Shown: positions 19,041-27,743, numbered from the stretch's first letter. The stretch is 64,000 nucleotides of DNA from an uncultured Lachnospiraceae bacterium (GCA_964525525.1 CAZGHD010000001.1:5288-69287), one strand, 5' to 3'. The notes: a model not told the origin generated them from the sequence alone. Made by a program: numbers and translations.

Positions 19041-20063
19041 TTAGAATATTCCGGGGATAAGATGCGAGATCATAAGTCCGCCTGCAAAGGAAACGGTGTT
19101 TGCCACGAGAGCGTACAGCACGGTGATACCGCGATTTATCCTCTTGCGGCTGAATTTTTGCATAAATCTGAAGTACAGCACCGCCTCTACTGCAAAGACT
19201 ATTATTTCAAAAAGAATATAGCTTAGAACAAACGCAAGCTCTCCGCTTTGATAATTTATAACGTTGAGAAGTACGTTGAGCAGTACCTGCGTTACGGCGT
19301 TTACGCATACGATAAAGACGAGCTGTTTTCGCGTGACATATCCGAACATCAGCGCTATAAGTATCTCTATTGCGAGGGTGAGCAGTATGCGCGAGACGAG
19401 CGATATGATCTCAAGGGTGAAGTCGTAGTCCTTTTTCACCGTGAGCTGCTCCGACTCGGTCGGCTGTACGTTCAGAGTGACGTCTGCACTTTCGGATTCA
19501 GGCGGAGCAGTGTCGGGCGTGTCTGTTGTTTCAGACGAGGTAGTTTCGGTAGTGTCTGCGGAGTTTGAAACGCTTGACAGATCGGTCAGGCTGAGGTCAA
19601 CGCTGAAATAACTGTCAAACGCGTATCTCTCGCATACTCCGCTTGAGACAAATTTTCCGCTCTCGGGAAAGTAGAGCAGAATTTTGAATTTCTGCGGAGG
19701 GTAGTAGGTCCAGTTTATCTGCCCGGTTTCGCTTACCTTCCAGCCTTCCTGTAGAAAATAAAATCCGTCGGGATCCTCATACTCTGCGAACGCTTTCCAC
19801 GTCTTGTAGTCGAGAGAGGAATATGAGTAATGCTCATTTTCATTATGTCGGGCGTTTTCTTCTTTGCCGTCCCACACGGTGGCAGGCCCAGTTGATTCTT
19901 TGTACGAGAGCAGGGTGCCCCAGCACTCACCGTCATCGAGGTGCTGAAATTTTACAACGACCGACGGCTTGGGGCCTGTATCGGCACTCGCAGTGACAGA
20001 AAGCGCGGAAATAAAGAGTGATACGATGATTATAAAAGCAAGTGTTTTACGCATATCTACCAC
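19041..20063 (-). CDS. Membrane protein: signal peptide, extracytoplasmic domain, T/S/E-rich linker, C-terminal multi-TM block
   Basis: Read from the translation. The gene lies between the anti-sigma-like gene and the serpin gene, with gaps of 7 and 16 nt. Confidence 0.55.
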   Translation of the reverse strand: MVDMRKTLAFIIIVSLFISALSVTASADTGPKPSVVVKFQHLDDGECWGTLLSYKESTGPATVWDGKEENARHNENEHYSYSSLDYKTWKAFAEYEDPDGFYFLQEGWKVSETGQINWTYYPPQKFKILLYFPESGKFVSSGVCERYAFDSYFSVDLSLTDLSSVSNSADTTETTSSETTDTPDTAPPESESADVTLNVQPTESEQLTVKKDYDFTLEIISLVSRILLTLAIEILIALMFGYVTRKQLVFIVCVNAVTQVLLNVLLNVINYQSGELAFVLSYILFEIIVFAVEAVLYFRFMQKFSRKRINRGITVLYALVANTVSFAGGLMISHLIPGIF

Positions 20064-20070
20064 CTCTGTA

Positions 20071-20763
20071 TCAGTATTTTTTGATTCCGAGCGTTTCTTT
20101 TAGCAGCTCAAACTGTTCCTCGTTTATAGGATATGATTTACCGTTTGCCAGAAATATGATGCTGTTTTTGGTGACCGCGTATCTCCATTCAAGCCCGAAG
20201 TTAGTGGTCAGTACTACCTTGAAGTCGTATTTCGGAATAGTGGTGTGCGGTATTTGAACGACGTTACCGTCAAAACCGTAGATGGTTGCCTCTCCGTTCG
20301 TAAACTCGTCTATCAGGTTTACTGTTTCTGTTATTTCATTTGTGTCACGATGGACGGATACCGTTCCGTTCGGTGCGTACACCTCAAACTGCACATAGCG
20401 TATGCCTGAGCTTGAGGGTACTTCGTCTTTGCCGTCACCGTCAGTGTCTGGAGCTACTGCAGGAGCGCCGGTTTCTCCGGCGGCATCGCTGTCGTTACCG
20501 TCCGTTTTTTCTCCCTCGGGTTGTCTGAGCGTCTCTCCTATCTCCTGGTCAAACGAGCCGTCGTCGCCTCTTATAGCCCCGGGCGGTGCGCTGTCGTGCG
20601 ACGGACGCATCACTACGTTAAAATACGCTCCCGCGAAAAACGTGCACAAAACTATGGGGGTAACTATAACGGCAATATTTGTTTTTATCTTTCTTTTTCT
20701 CTCTTTTATGCGCTCCTCGCTTCGGCGGTATACCTCCGCTCGGCGCTCATCGAAATTTCTCAT
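20071..20763 (-). CDS. Putative anti-sigma factor (single-pass membrane protein)
   Basis: Short basic cytoplasmic N-terminus, one TM (IAVIVTPIVLCTFFAGAYF), then an extracytoplasmic domain. Its start overlaps the sigma gene stop as ATGA. Confidence 0.5.
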   Translation of the reverse strand: MRNFDERRAEVYRRSEERIKERKRKIKTNIAVIVTPIVLCTFFAGAYFNVVMRPSHDSAPPGAIRGDDGSFDQEIGETLRQPEGEKTDGNDSDAAGETGAPAVAPDTDGDGKDEVPSSSGIRYVQFEVYAPNGTVSVHRDTNEITETVNLIDEFTNGEATIYGFDGNVVQIPHTTIPKYDFKVVLTTNFGLEWRYAVTKNSIIFLANGKSYPINEEQFELLKETLGIKKY

Positions 20764-21311
20764 ATAAGCACCTCTCCCCTTTCTTTCAGTGCGGCGCGAA
20801 GGGTGTTTTTGGCTCGATAAAGAAGATTGTCTATCTGTTTTGCGTTCTTTTGCATGACCTTTGCCGCTTCTTCGTAGGAAAGCTCCTCAAAGTAAACGAG
20901 ATGCACTGCAACTCGCATATCCTCGGGCAGGTCTCTGATCGCTGAATTTATCTCGCGCTTTCTCTCGTCGGAAAGTACCGTCTCCTCGGGAGATTTGCCA
21001 TCGTCCGTCAGGTCTTCGCTTTCCGAGAGGTCGGACACCGCCGTTCTTTTGCGGTGCTTTATATAATTCAGTGCTCTGCTTCTGCCTATCATAAACAGAT
21101 AGGTTTTCAGCGACACTTTGAAATTATACCTCGACCTATGTACCAAAAGATCGGAAAACGTGTCTATCGCGATGTCCTCCGACGCATAAATATCTCCGAC
21201 GTATCGGTCAATAAAAAATATAAGCGCGTCAAAATATTCTTCCATTATCGAGTCAAAAGCACTTTCGTCACCGTCAAGAAAACGGCGGTAGCTACTTGCA
21301 CCGTTCTCCAT
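20760..21311 (-). CDS. ECF-type sigma-70 family RNA polymerase sigma factor
   Basis: 183 aa. Region 2 (..DIAIDTFSDLL..YLFMIGRSRALNYIK) and region 4 HTH (LSYEEAAKVMQKNAKQIDNLLYRAKNTLR). Confidence 0.85.
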   Translation of the reverse strand: MENGASSYRRFLDGDESAFDSIMEEYFDALIFFIDRYVGDIYASEDIAIDTFSDLLVHRSRYNFKVSLKTYLFMIGRSRALNYIKHRKRTAVSDLSESEDLTDDGKSPEETVLSDERKREINSAIRDLPEDMRVAVHLVYFEELSYEEAAKVMQKNAKQIDNLLYRAKNTLRAALKERGEVLI

Positions 21312-21511
21312 CTTCAGTCTCCTTTATGTTTTTGAAGGAATTTACCCCTTTCACTTATTTATACAACCGAAAATCTTAAATTCCTTATATTTTTTTGAAT
21401 TTTTTTCAAAAATATCCCGTACGGCTATGATACCACAACAGCTATCCCTTGTCAATATGCAAAGCCGTTACCCGATGTGCCATAATATTACAAATAAAAT
21501 AAGGTATAATA

Positions 21512-21540
21512 TTGACAAGAGGGGCTTCTTGGTGTATAAT
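21512..21540 (+). promoter_or_regulatory. Consensus sigma-A promoter for marR-fakB-fakA
   Basis: TTGACA (21512-21517), a 17-nt spacer ending in TG, then TATAAT (21535-21540). Confidence 0.7.
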
Positions 21541-21549
21541 AATACTCAG

Positions 21550-21567
21550 ATGTTGCATTTGCAACAT
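21550..21567. promoter_or_regulatory. Perfect 8+8 palindrome, candidate MarR operator
   Basis: ATGTTGCA-TT-TGCAACAT, 10 nt downstream of the -10 element and 38 nt upstream of the marR start. Confidence 0.5.
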
Positions 21568-21604
21568 TTATGATTTTACCTTTAACGATTTAAGGAGCGA
21601 TCTG

Positions 21605-22063
21605 ATGGTCAACAGATTCGAGCGGTTTTCGTCAGCCATATCGGAGATACATAAATGCTGGCATAAGCTCGCCGCGGAAGAAATGGAGAAATGCGGTCTC
21701 AAGGGGCCTCACGCATTCTATCTTGCAACGCTGTACCGATTTGAGGACGGTTTGACGGCGACTCAGCTTTCCGACCTTTGCGGAAAAGATAAGTCAGACG
21801 TTTCCCGCACTGTCGCTTCAATGGAGCAGTACGGTCTCGTGATAAAAGAGTGTAACAGTAACAATAATTACCGCGCAAAAATAAAGCTCACCGAATACGG
21901 CATGGAATGCGCGGAACACGTCCGTAAATTAGCAAGCGCGGCGGTGGAAATGGCAGGCGGAGAAATTTCTGACGATAAGCGCGCCATATTCTACGAAACG
22001 CTTGAGCTGATTGCGGATAATCTTAAATTTATAAGCGAACAGGGGCTTCCGCCCGTAAAATAA
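21605..22063 (+). CDS. MarR-family transcriptional regulator
   Basis: Winged-HTH pattern (LTATQLSDLCGKDKSDVSRTVASMEQYGLV). Start set at the ATG at 21605 after RBS AAGGAG. The longer ORF starting at 21512 would cover the promoter. Confidence 0.85.
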   Translation: MVNRFERFSSAISEIHKCWHKLAAEEMEKCGLKGPHAFYLATLYRFEDGLTATQLSDLCGKDKSDVSRTVASMEQYGLVIKECNSNNNYRAKIKLTEYGMECAEHVRKLASAAVEMAGGEISDDKRAIFYETLELIADNLKFISEQGLPPVK

Positions 22064-22086
22064 ATTTTATTTAAGGAGCACGAAAA

Positions 22087-22953
22087 ATGAGTAACTATAT
22101 CATATGCACAGACTCCGGCAGCGACATAAAGCCCGCTAAACTTGCAGAATGGGGCGTAGCTTTTTCTTCACTTACATTCAGATTCAACGACAGCGAAAAA
22201 GAATATACCGACGCCGATATGGAGATCAAAACCTTCTATGACAAGATGCGTGACGGCGGTATCGCAAAGACTGCGGCCATCAATACCGAGACCTTTGCGG
22301 CAGAGTTCGAAAAGCATCTCTCCGCAGGCGTTGACGTTCTTTATCTCGGATTCTCGTCCGGACTCAGCACTACCTATAACTCCGGCCGCCTTGCGGCAGA
22401 GGCTTTGCGTGAAAAATATCCCGAGCGTAAGATAATTACCGTTGATACCCTTGCGGCGTCAGCCGGTGAAGGTCTTCTCGTTGCTCTCGTTCTCGCTAAG
22501 AAGAACGAAGGCGCAACTATTGAGGAAGCGGCGGCGTATGCTGAGGAGATCAAGCTCAACATCTGCCACTGGTTCACCGTTGACGATCTCGTATATCTCA
22601 AGCGCGGCGGCAGAGTAAGCCCCACCGTTGCATTCGTAGGTAACGCGCTTGGTATCAAGCCTATTCTTCACGTTGATAACGAAGGTCACCTTACCAGCAA
22701 AGCTAAGGTAAGAGGCAGAAAGTCTTCTATAACTGCTCTTGCAGATAAATATACCGAGCTTGCAAAAGAGCCCGAGGGCGGTCTTGCTTATATTTCAAAC
22801 GGCGACTGTGAATCTGATGCTGAAGCACTTAAAAAGATACTTGAGGACAGACACAACGCAAAGGTTGAGATAATTACAGACGTCGGTCCCGTAATCGGAT
22901 CTCACGCCGGCCCCGGCGTTCTTGCACTTTTCTTCGCCGGTAAGGAAAGATAA
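22087..22953 (+). CDS. DegV-family fatty-acid-binding protein (FakB-like)
   Basis: YIICTDSGSDI start and overall DegV pattern. A DAK2/FakA-like gene lies directly downstream. Confidence 0.85.
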   Translation: MSNYIICTDSGSDIKPAKLAEWGVAFSSLTFRFNDSEKEYTDADMEIKTFYDKMRDGGIAKTAAINTETFAAEFEKHLSAGVDVLYLGFSSGLSTTYNSGRLAAEALREKYPERKIITVDTLAASAGEGLLVALVLAKKNEGATIEEAAAYAEEIKLNICHWFTVDDLVYLKRGGRVSPTVAFVGNALGIKPILHVDNEGHLTSKAKVRGRKSSITALADKYTELAKEPEGGLAYISNGDCESDAEALKKILEDRHNAKVEIITDVGPVIGSHAGPGVLALFFAGKER

Positions 22954-23011
22954 ACCGCATATAACACGCGGCTCGTTACCGCGAAAATACGAGCAAGGAG
23001 AACGTTTATAA

Positions 23012-24754
23012 ATGTTCAAATTAAAAAAGAAAAGCTCCTCCAAACCCAAGGAAGAGAAAAACGAATTTGATATAAAATATCTGGGCGGTCTGCTTATGGC
23101 TAAAATGGCGTTCGGAGGCGCGGCGCGTCTGCGTTCCAACGCTGAAGAGGTAAATAAGCTCAACGTATTCCCGGTTCCTGACGGAGATACCGGTGACAAT
23201 ATGAGAATGACTATCGAGAGCGGTATCGCCGCGCTTGAAAACCTTGATACCGACGATCTTGCAGAAGTAATGAAGGTGTTTTCACACGGAATGCTTCTCG
23301 GTGCGAGAGGTAACTCGGGCGTTATTCTCTCACAGTTTTTTGCCGGAACCGCAAAAGGCTTTCAGGGCTCGGAGCAGGCTGACCCCGCTACTCTCGGTCA
23401 CGCGCTTGAGCTTGGTGTAAAGCAGGCGTATACCTCCGTTATGACTCCTACCGAAGGAACTCTGCTTACCGTTGCGCGCGAGGCGGTTGAATACGCGGTT
23501 CAAAATATTACTCCGCAGAGTACCATACGCAGCTTCTTTGCCGATCTGGTAAAAGAGATGCACGACTCGGTTAACCGTACTCCCGAGATCCTTCCCGTAC
23601 TTAAAGAAGCTGGCGTGGTTGACAGCGGCGGTGCAGGTCTGTTCTATATAATCGACGGATTTAACCGTGTTCTCAACGGTGAGGAGGTCGCCGACGAAGC
23701 TGACTCCGAACTTGGAAAAACGTCCGCGCCTCCCGCTCACGTGATGGATTTCTCTGCGTTCGGACCTGACAGCGTAATGACCTACGGATACTGTACCGAG
23801 CTTCTCGTTCAGCTTCAGAACTCCAAGACCGACGTTGAGGCGTTTGACGTAGAGCCGCTCAAGCAGTTTCTTGCATCTGTTGGTGACTCGGTCGTGGCTT
23901 TCAAGACCGAAAGTATAGTTAAGATTCACGTTCACACTCTTACTCCCGACAAGGTGCTTTCTCACTGTCGAGAGTTTGGAGAGTTCCTTACTGTAAAAAT
24001 AGAAAATATGTCCCTTCAGCACTCCGAGTCAGAGCTTGAGTCAAAGGCTGACGAGAAGGCAGAAGAGACCGCGCCTCCCGCTCCGCCTAAAAAGTACGGT
24101 GTTGTTGCCGTATCAAACGGCCCCGGTGTTTCGGACTTGTTCCGTGAGCTCGGTACCGACGAGATAGTTGAGGGCGGACAGACGCAGAATCCGTCTACCA
24201 ACGATTTTATTGCCGCGTTTGAAAAGATAAACGCAGAGCATATTTTCGTTTTCCCGAATAACGGAAACATACTTATGGCGGCAAGTCAGGCAGAGAAGCT
24301 GTATGATAAGGCGGTCATCCACGTTATCCCGAGCAAGAATATCGGCACGGGCTACGTTGCATTGTCATCTGCTGATCTTGAAAATCCCGAGCCTGCAGCA
24401 ATAGAGGAAGAGATGAAGGCGGCTATGCAGCGCGTTACCGCAGGCTACGTTTCTCCGTCTATCAGAGACGCGGAGATAAACGGAGTTATCATTAAAAAGG
24501 ACGACACTATCGGTATAATAGAAAAAGCGATAGTTTTGTCCGATCCCGACAAGCTCAGCGCCGCATCCGCGCTTGCGTGCAAGCTGCTTGAAGATCCCGA
24601 GAAATTTATGCTCACCGTTTTCTGCGGTAAGGATTCTTCTGAAGACGAGCAGGAAGCTCTCAAAACAAAGATAGAAGAAAGCTATCCGTCAGCCGAGGTT
24701 TATTTTATCGACGGCGGTCAGGATATTTACCCCTATATTTTCGTGGCGGAATGA
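23012..24754 (+). CDS. DAK2-domain protein (YloV / fatty acid kinase FakA-like)
   Basis: LNVFPVPDGDTGDNM and GARGNSGVILSQ DAK2 motifs. Length of 580 aa with a DegV-like C-terminal half. Confidence 0.8.
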   Translation: MFKLKKKSSSKPKEEKNEFDIKYLGGLLMAKMAFGGAARLRSNAEEVNKLNVFPVPDGDTGDNMRMTIESGIAALENLDTDDLAEVMKVFSHGMLLGARGNSGVILSQFFAGTAKGFQGSEQADPATLGHALELGVKQAYTSVMTPTEGTLLTVAREAVEYAVQNITPQSTIRSFFADLVKEMHDSVNRTPEILPVLKEAGVVDSGGAGLFYIIDGFNRVLNGEEVADEADSELGKTSAPPAHVMDFSAFGPDSVMTYGYCTELLVQLQNSKTDVEAFDVEPLKQFLASVGDSVVAFKTESIVKIHVHTLTPDKVLSHCREFGEFLTVKIENMSLQHSESELESKADEKAEETAPPAPPKKYGVVAVSNGPGVSDLFRELGTDEIVEGGQTQNPSTNDFIAAFEKINAEHIFVFPNNGNILMAASQAEKLYDKAVIHVIPSKNIGTGYVALSSADLENPEPAAIEEEMKAAMQRVTAGYVSPSIRDAEINGVIIKKDDTIGIIEKAIVLSDPDKLSAASALACKLLEDPEKFMLTVFCGKDSSEDEQEALKTKIEESYPSAEVYFIDGGQDIYPYIFVAE

Positions 24755-24780
24755 TAAGTAATAACTGAAAAGTAAAAAAT

Positions 24781-24812
24781 ACGAGAGCATTTCGGTGCTT
24801 CTCGTATTTTTT
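24781..24812 (+). terminator. Intrinsic terminator after the fakA-like gene
   Basis: Stem ACGAGAGCA/TGCTTCTCGT with one bulge, followed by TATTTTTT. Confidence 0.7.
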
Positions 24813-24879
24813 ACGCATTTACGCGTATTTTAATCTAAAATAGAAGCATAATATGGTAAAATAAATATTCAAACTCCTA

Positions 24880-24908
24880 TTGCTTTTTTTGAGGTGTCAT
24901 GATATAAT
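24880..24908 (+). promoter_or_regulatory. Sigma-A promoter of the gpx operon
   Basis: TTGCTT, a 17-nt spacer, then TATAAT (24903-24908). Confidence 0.6.
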
Positions 24909-24929
24909 TTAATTGTACTCAATTAAATT
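24906..24929. promoter_or_regulatory. AT-rich inverted repeat overlapping the -10 element, candidate OhrR operator
   Basis: AATTTAATTG-tact-CAATTAAATT is a perfect 10-bp inverted repeat. OhrR-type operators are AT-rich inverted repeats with AATT cores (from memory). Confidence 0.55.
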
Positions 24930-24957
24930 TACATAAATTGATTTTCGGAGGTATGGT

Positions 24958-25500
24958 ATGAATATTTATGATTTCAAAGTGACAGCGCGTGACGGCAGCG
25001 AAGTATCTCTTTCCGATTATAAGGGAAAGGTTCTTTTAATAGTAAACACGGCAACGGGATGCGGTTTTACCCCTCATTACGATGAGCTTCAGGATCTGTA
25101 TGATGCTCACAAAGCAGACGGACTTGAGATACTCGATTTCCCTTGCAATCAGTTTGGCGAGCAGGCACCGGGCGATGACGAGGAGATCCATTCTTTCTGC
25201 ACGGGACGCTTTGGAATCACCTTTCCGCAGTTTTCAAAAATTGACGTTATAGGTGAGAATGCTATCCCTCTTTATAAATGGATCTCGGAGAATACCGAGT
25301 TTGACGGATTCGGCATGGGACCGATGGCTATGCTTATGAACGGCGTAGTTAAGAAGATGGATAAGGACTACAAGAAAAACGGTGCGATCAAGTGGAATTT
25401 TACCAAGATTCTCGTTGACAGAGAGGGTAATATCGTTGCTCGCTTTGAGCCTACCGTTCCTATGAAAAAGGTTGCAGATGCAGTAAGGGCTACACTTTAA
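24958..25500 (+). CDS. Glutathione peroxidase family protein (Cys type)
   Basis: NTATGCGFTP active-site block, FPCNQFG, and the WNFTKFL-like motif WNFTKIL. Confidence 0.9.
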   Translation: MNIYDFKVTARDGSEVSLSDYKGKVLLIVNTATGCGFTPHYDELQDLYDAHKADGLEILDFPCNQFGEQAPGDDEEIHSFCTGRFGITFPQFSKIDVIGENAIPLYKWISENTEFDGFGMGPMAMLMNGVVKKMDKDYKKNGAIKWNFTKILVDREGNIVARFEPTVPMKKVADAVRATL

Positions 25501-25530
25501 AACGATAATTTTTTTACTGTATAATATCTT

Positions 25531-26475
25531 ATGGAGACTATGATAAAAGAAAAGCTTGAAACAAAGATAGAATTCGCTCACATTACTACCGATGATAAAG
25601 AGCTATACGAAAAATATCTGATGCGTGAAAATGAACGCGGGTGCGAGTTCTCGTTTGCCAATATGTATTTGTGGGGACGTCAGAAATTTACTGTTCTGTA
25701 CGATCATATCGTTATGTTTTCGCAGTTTGATCGCCGCAGTGTGTATCCGTATCCGCTCGGCGCGGGAGACAAGCGTGCAGTGCTTGATGCGGTAATCGCA
25801 GACGCGAAGGAAAGAGGAATTCCTTGCCGCATTACAGGACTTGGTGAGGTCGCAAAACAGACGATTGAGGAGCTTTATCCCGGTATGTTCCGTTTTCACT
25901 GCGACGAGGGTTCGTTTGACTACGTTTACGCGATTGACGACCTGGCAGACCTGAAAGGTAAAAAATATCACGGAAAGCGGAACCACTTAAATAGATTTTA
26001 CGAGGCTTACCCGGACTATTCGGTACAGCCGGTTGGCGAGGATAATATCTGCCGTGTCAGACAGATGCTTGACGACTGGTACAGCGTGCGTATAAGTGAA
26101 AATCCGGATAGTGACTATCACATGGAGAGGGCGGCGCTGGAAAAGGCGCTCCGTGATTACCGTGAGCTTGATATGGAAGGCTTGGTGCTTATGAACGGGG
26201 AGGATGTTCTGGCGTTTACTCTTGCGAGCCGTCTGTCCGAGGACACGATGGACGTGCATTTTGAAAAAGCGAGAGCAGACGTGAACGGTGCGTACACGGC
26301 TATCAACTGCGAGTTTGCGCGGTATATCAGGGACAAATATCCGAATATCCGCTATCTTGACCGCGAGGAGGATATGGGACTTGAGGGCTTGCGTAAGGCG
26401 AAAAAGAGCTATCATCCTCACCATATGGTGAAAAAATGCTGGGCTTGTCTGTTGGAGGAAGGTTATGAATATTGA
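25531..26475 (+). CDS. DUF2156-domain protein (related to the MprF C-terminal aminoacyl-transferase domain, GNAT fold)
   Basis: DLKGKKYHGKRNHLNRF and EEDMGLEGLRKAKKSYHP blocks match my memory of DUF2156. Confidence 0.7.
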   Translation: METMIKEKLETKIEFAHITTDDKELYEKYLMRENERGCEFSFANMYLWGRQKFTVLYDHIVMFSQFDRRSVYPYPLGAGDKRAVLDAVIADAKERGIPCRITGLGEVAKQTIEELYPGMFRFHCDEGSFDYVYAIDDLADLKGKKYHGKRNHLNRFYEAYPDYSVQPVGEDNICRVRQMLDDWYSVRISENPDSDYHMERAALEKALRDYRELDMEGLVLMNGEDVLAFTLASRLSEDTMDVHFEKARADVNGAYTAINCEFARYIRDKYPNIRYLDREEDMGLEGLRKAKKSYHPHHMVKKCWACLLEEGYEY

Positions 26476-27223
26476 CTCACCGAGCCGCGCACAGATTCCC
26501 GCGCTCAGGTCTTTGTGGAAAGAGGCATTTGGGGATACCGATAAATTTCTTGATATTTTTGAACGGACGGCGTTTTCTCCCGATCGCTGTCGCTATGTCA
26601 CACAAAACGGCGAGGTTGCCGCAGCGCTTTATTTCTTTAACTGCTCGTGCGGCGGTGAGCGTATCGCGTATCTGTATGCAGTCGCTACTGCCGAAAAATA
26701 TCGCGGACGTGGAATATGCCGCGCGCTGATGGAGGATACTCACAGACATTTGAAAGCGCTCGGGTATCGCGCCGCCATTCTCGTGCCCGGGAGCCGAGAG
26801 CTTTTTGAGTTTTACAAAAAAATGGGATATGAGGTCTGCAGTTATATAGGTGAGATTCGTTGCCTCGCGTCTGATGACGGAATTGCGCTGAGGCAAATTG
26901 ATGCAAGCGAATATGCAGAACTCAGACGTCGGTTTTTGCCCGAAAACGGAGTAGTGCAGGAAGAAGAAAATCTGAATTTTCTGAAAGAGCAAGCCGCGTT
27001 TTATGCGGGGAACGGATTTTTACTCGCGGCACGGGAAGAGGACGGCAGATTGCGCGGACTTGAACTGCTTGGCGATAAGGAAACTGCGCCGGCTATCCTT
27101 CGTACCTTGGGCTATAACGAGGGCGTTTTTCGCGTTCCCGACGGTGATAAACCGTTTGCGATGTGCTATCCATTGAGTGATGACCGCACTTTACCGTCGT
27201 ATTTCGGATTAGCATTTGACTGA
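26465..27223 (+). CDS. GNAT-family N-acetyltransferase
   Basis: Acetyl-CoA-binding-like motif YRGRGICRALM. Overlaps the upstream gene by 11 nt. Confidence 0.75.
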   Translation: MNIDSPSRAQIPALRSLWKEAFGDTDKFLDIFERTAFSPDRCRYVTQNGEVAAALYFFNCSCGGERIAYLYAVATAEKYRGRGICRALMEDTHRHLKALGYRAAILVPGSRELFEFYKKMGYEVCSYIGEIRCLASDDGIALRQIDASEYAELRRRFLPENGVVQEEENLNFLKEQAAFYAGNGFLLAAREEDGRLRGLELLGDKETAPAILRTLGYNEGVFRVPDGDKPFAMCYPLSDDRTLPSYFGLAFD

Positions 27224-27234
27224 TTTAATGCAGA

Positions 27235-27687
27235 ATGGAGTTTTCTATGGACGATTTGAAATTTGAATCACTGAAGCTTGAGAGACAGATATGCTTTCCG
27301 CTTTACGCCGCGTCCCGCGAGATCATCAAGCAGTATAAACCGTTTCTGGATAAGATAGACCTTACTTACACCCAGTATATCGCGATGATGCTTCTTTGGG
27401 ATAAAAAATCAATGACCGCCAAAGAAATGGGAGACCGTCTTTACCTTGATTCGGGAACGCTTACCCCGCTTCTCAAAAAGATGGAGGAAAAGGGACTTCT
27501 TACCCGTAACCGCGCGGCGGCGGATGAACGCAATCTGCAGGTGTCTATTACGGAAAAGGGCGATGCGTTGAAAATTCAGGCGGCAGAGATCCCTGCAGAG
27601 GTTGTAAAGTGCTCAAAGCTTGACCCCGAGGAGGCTATCTGCCTGTACCGTATTCTCTATAAGATACTTGAAAAAGCTGAAGATTAA
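27235..27687 (+). CDS. ohrR: OhrR-type MarR-family peroxide-sensing repressor
   Basis: Close resemblance to B. subtilis OhrR across the sensing Cys region (RQICFPLYAASREIIKQYKPFLDKIDLTYTQY) and the wing (LYLDSGTLTPLLKKMEEKGLL). Confidence 0.9.
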   Translation: MEFSMDDLKFESLKLERQICFPLYAASREIIKQYKPFLDKIDLTYTQYIAMMLLWDKKSMTAKEMGDRLYLDSGTLTPLLKKMEEKGLLTRNRAAADERNLQVSITEKGDALKIQAAEIPAEVVKCSKLDPEEAICLYRILYKILEKAED

Positions 27688-27698
27688 ATCAAAAAAAC

Positions 27699-27730
27699 AG
27701 CAGGAGTCGACCGTAAAGTCAGCTCCTGCT
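27699..27730. terminator. Bidirectional intrinsic terminator
   Basis: 8-bp stem AGCAGGAG/CTCCTGCT, with an A-run upstream and TTATTTTTAT downstream. It sits between convergent genes. Confidence 0.65.
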
Positions 27731-27743
27731 TATTTTTATCGGA

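Noticed and set aside
21512-21604. N-terminal extensions of track ORFs (21512 marR, 11945 PHP, 29796 isomerase, 31966 TIGR04076 fusion, 57819 spoVAE)
   Set aside because: Each extension overlaps a promoter or a neighbouring gene and lacks an RBS. Internal ATG/TTG codons with good RBS spacing give products that begin where the protein families normally begin.
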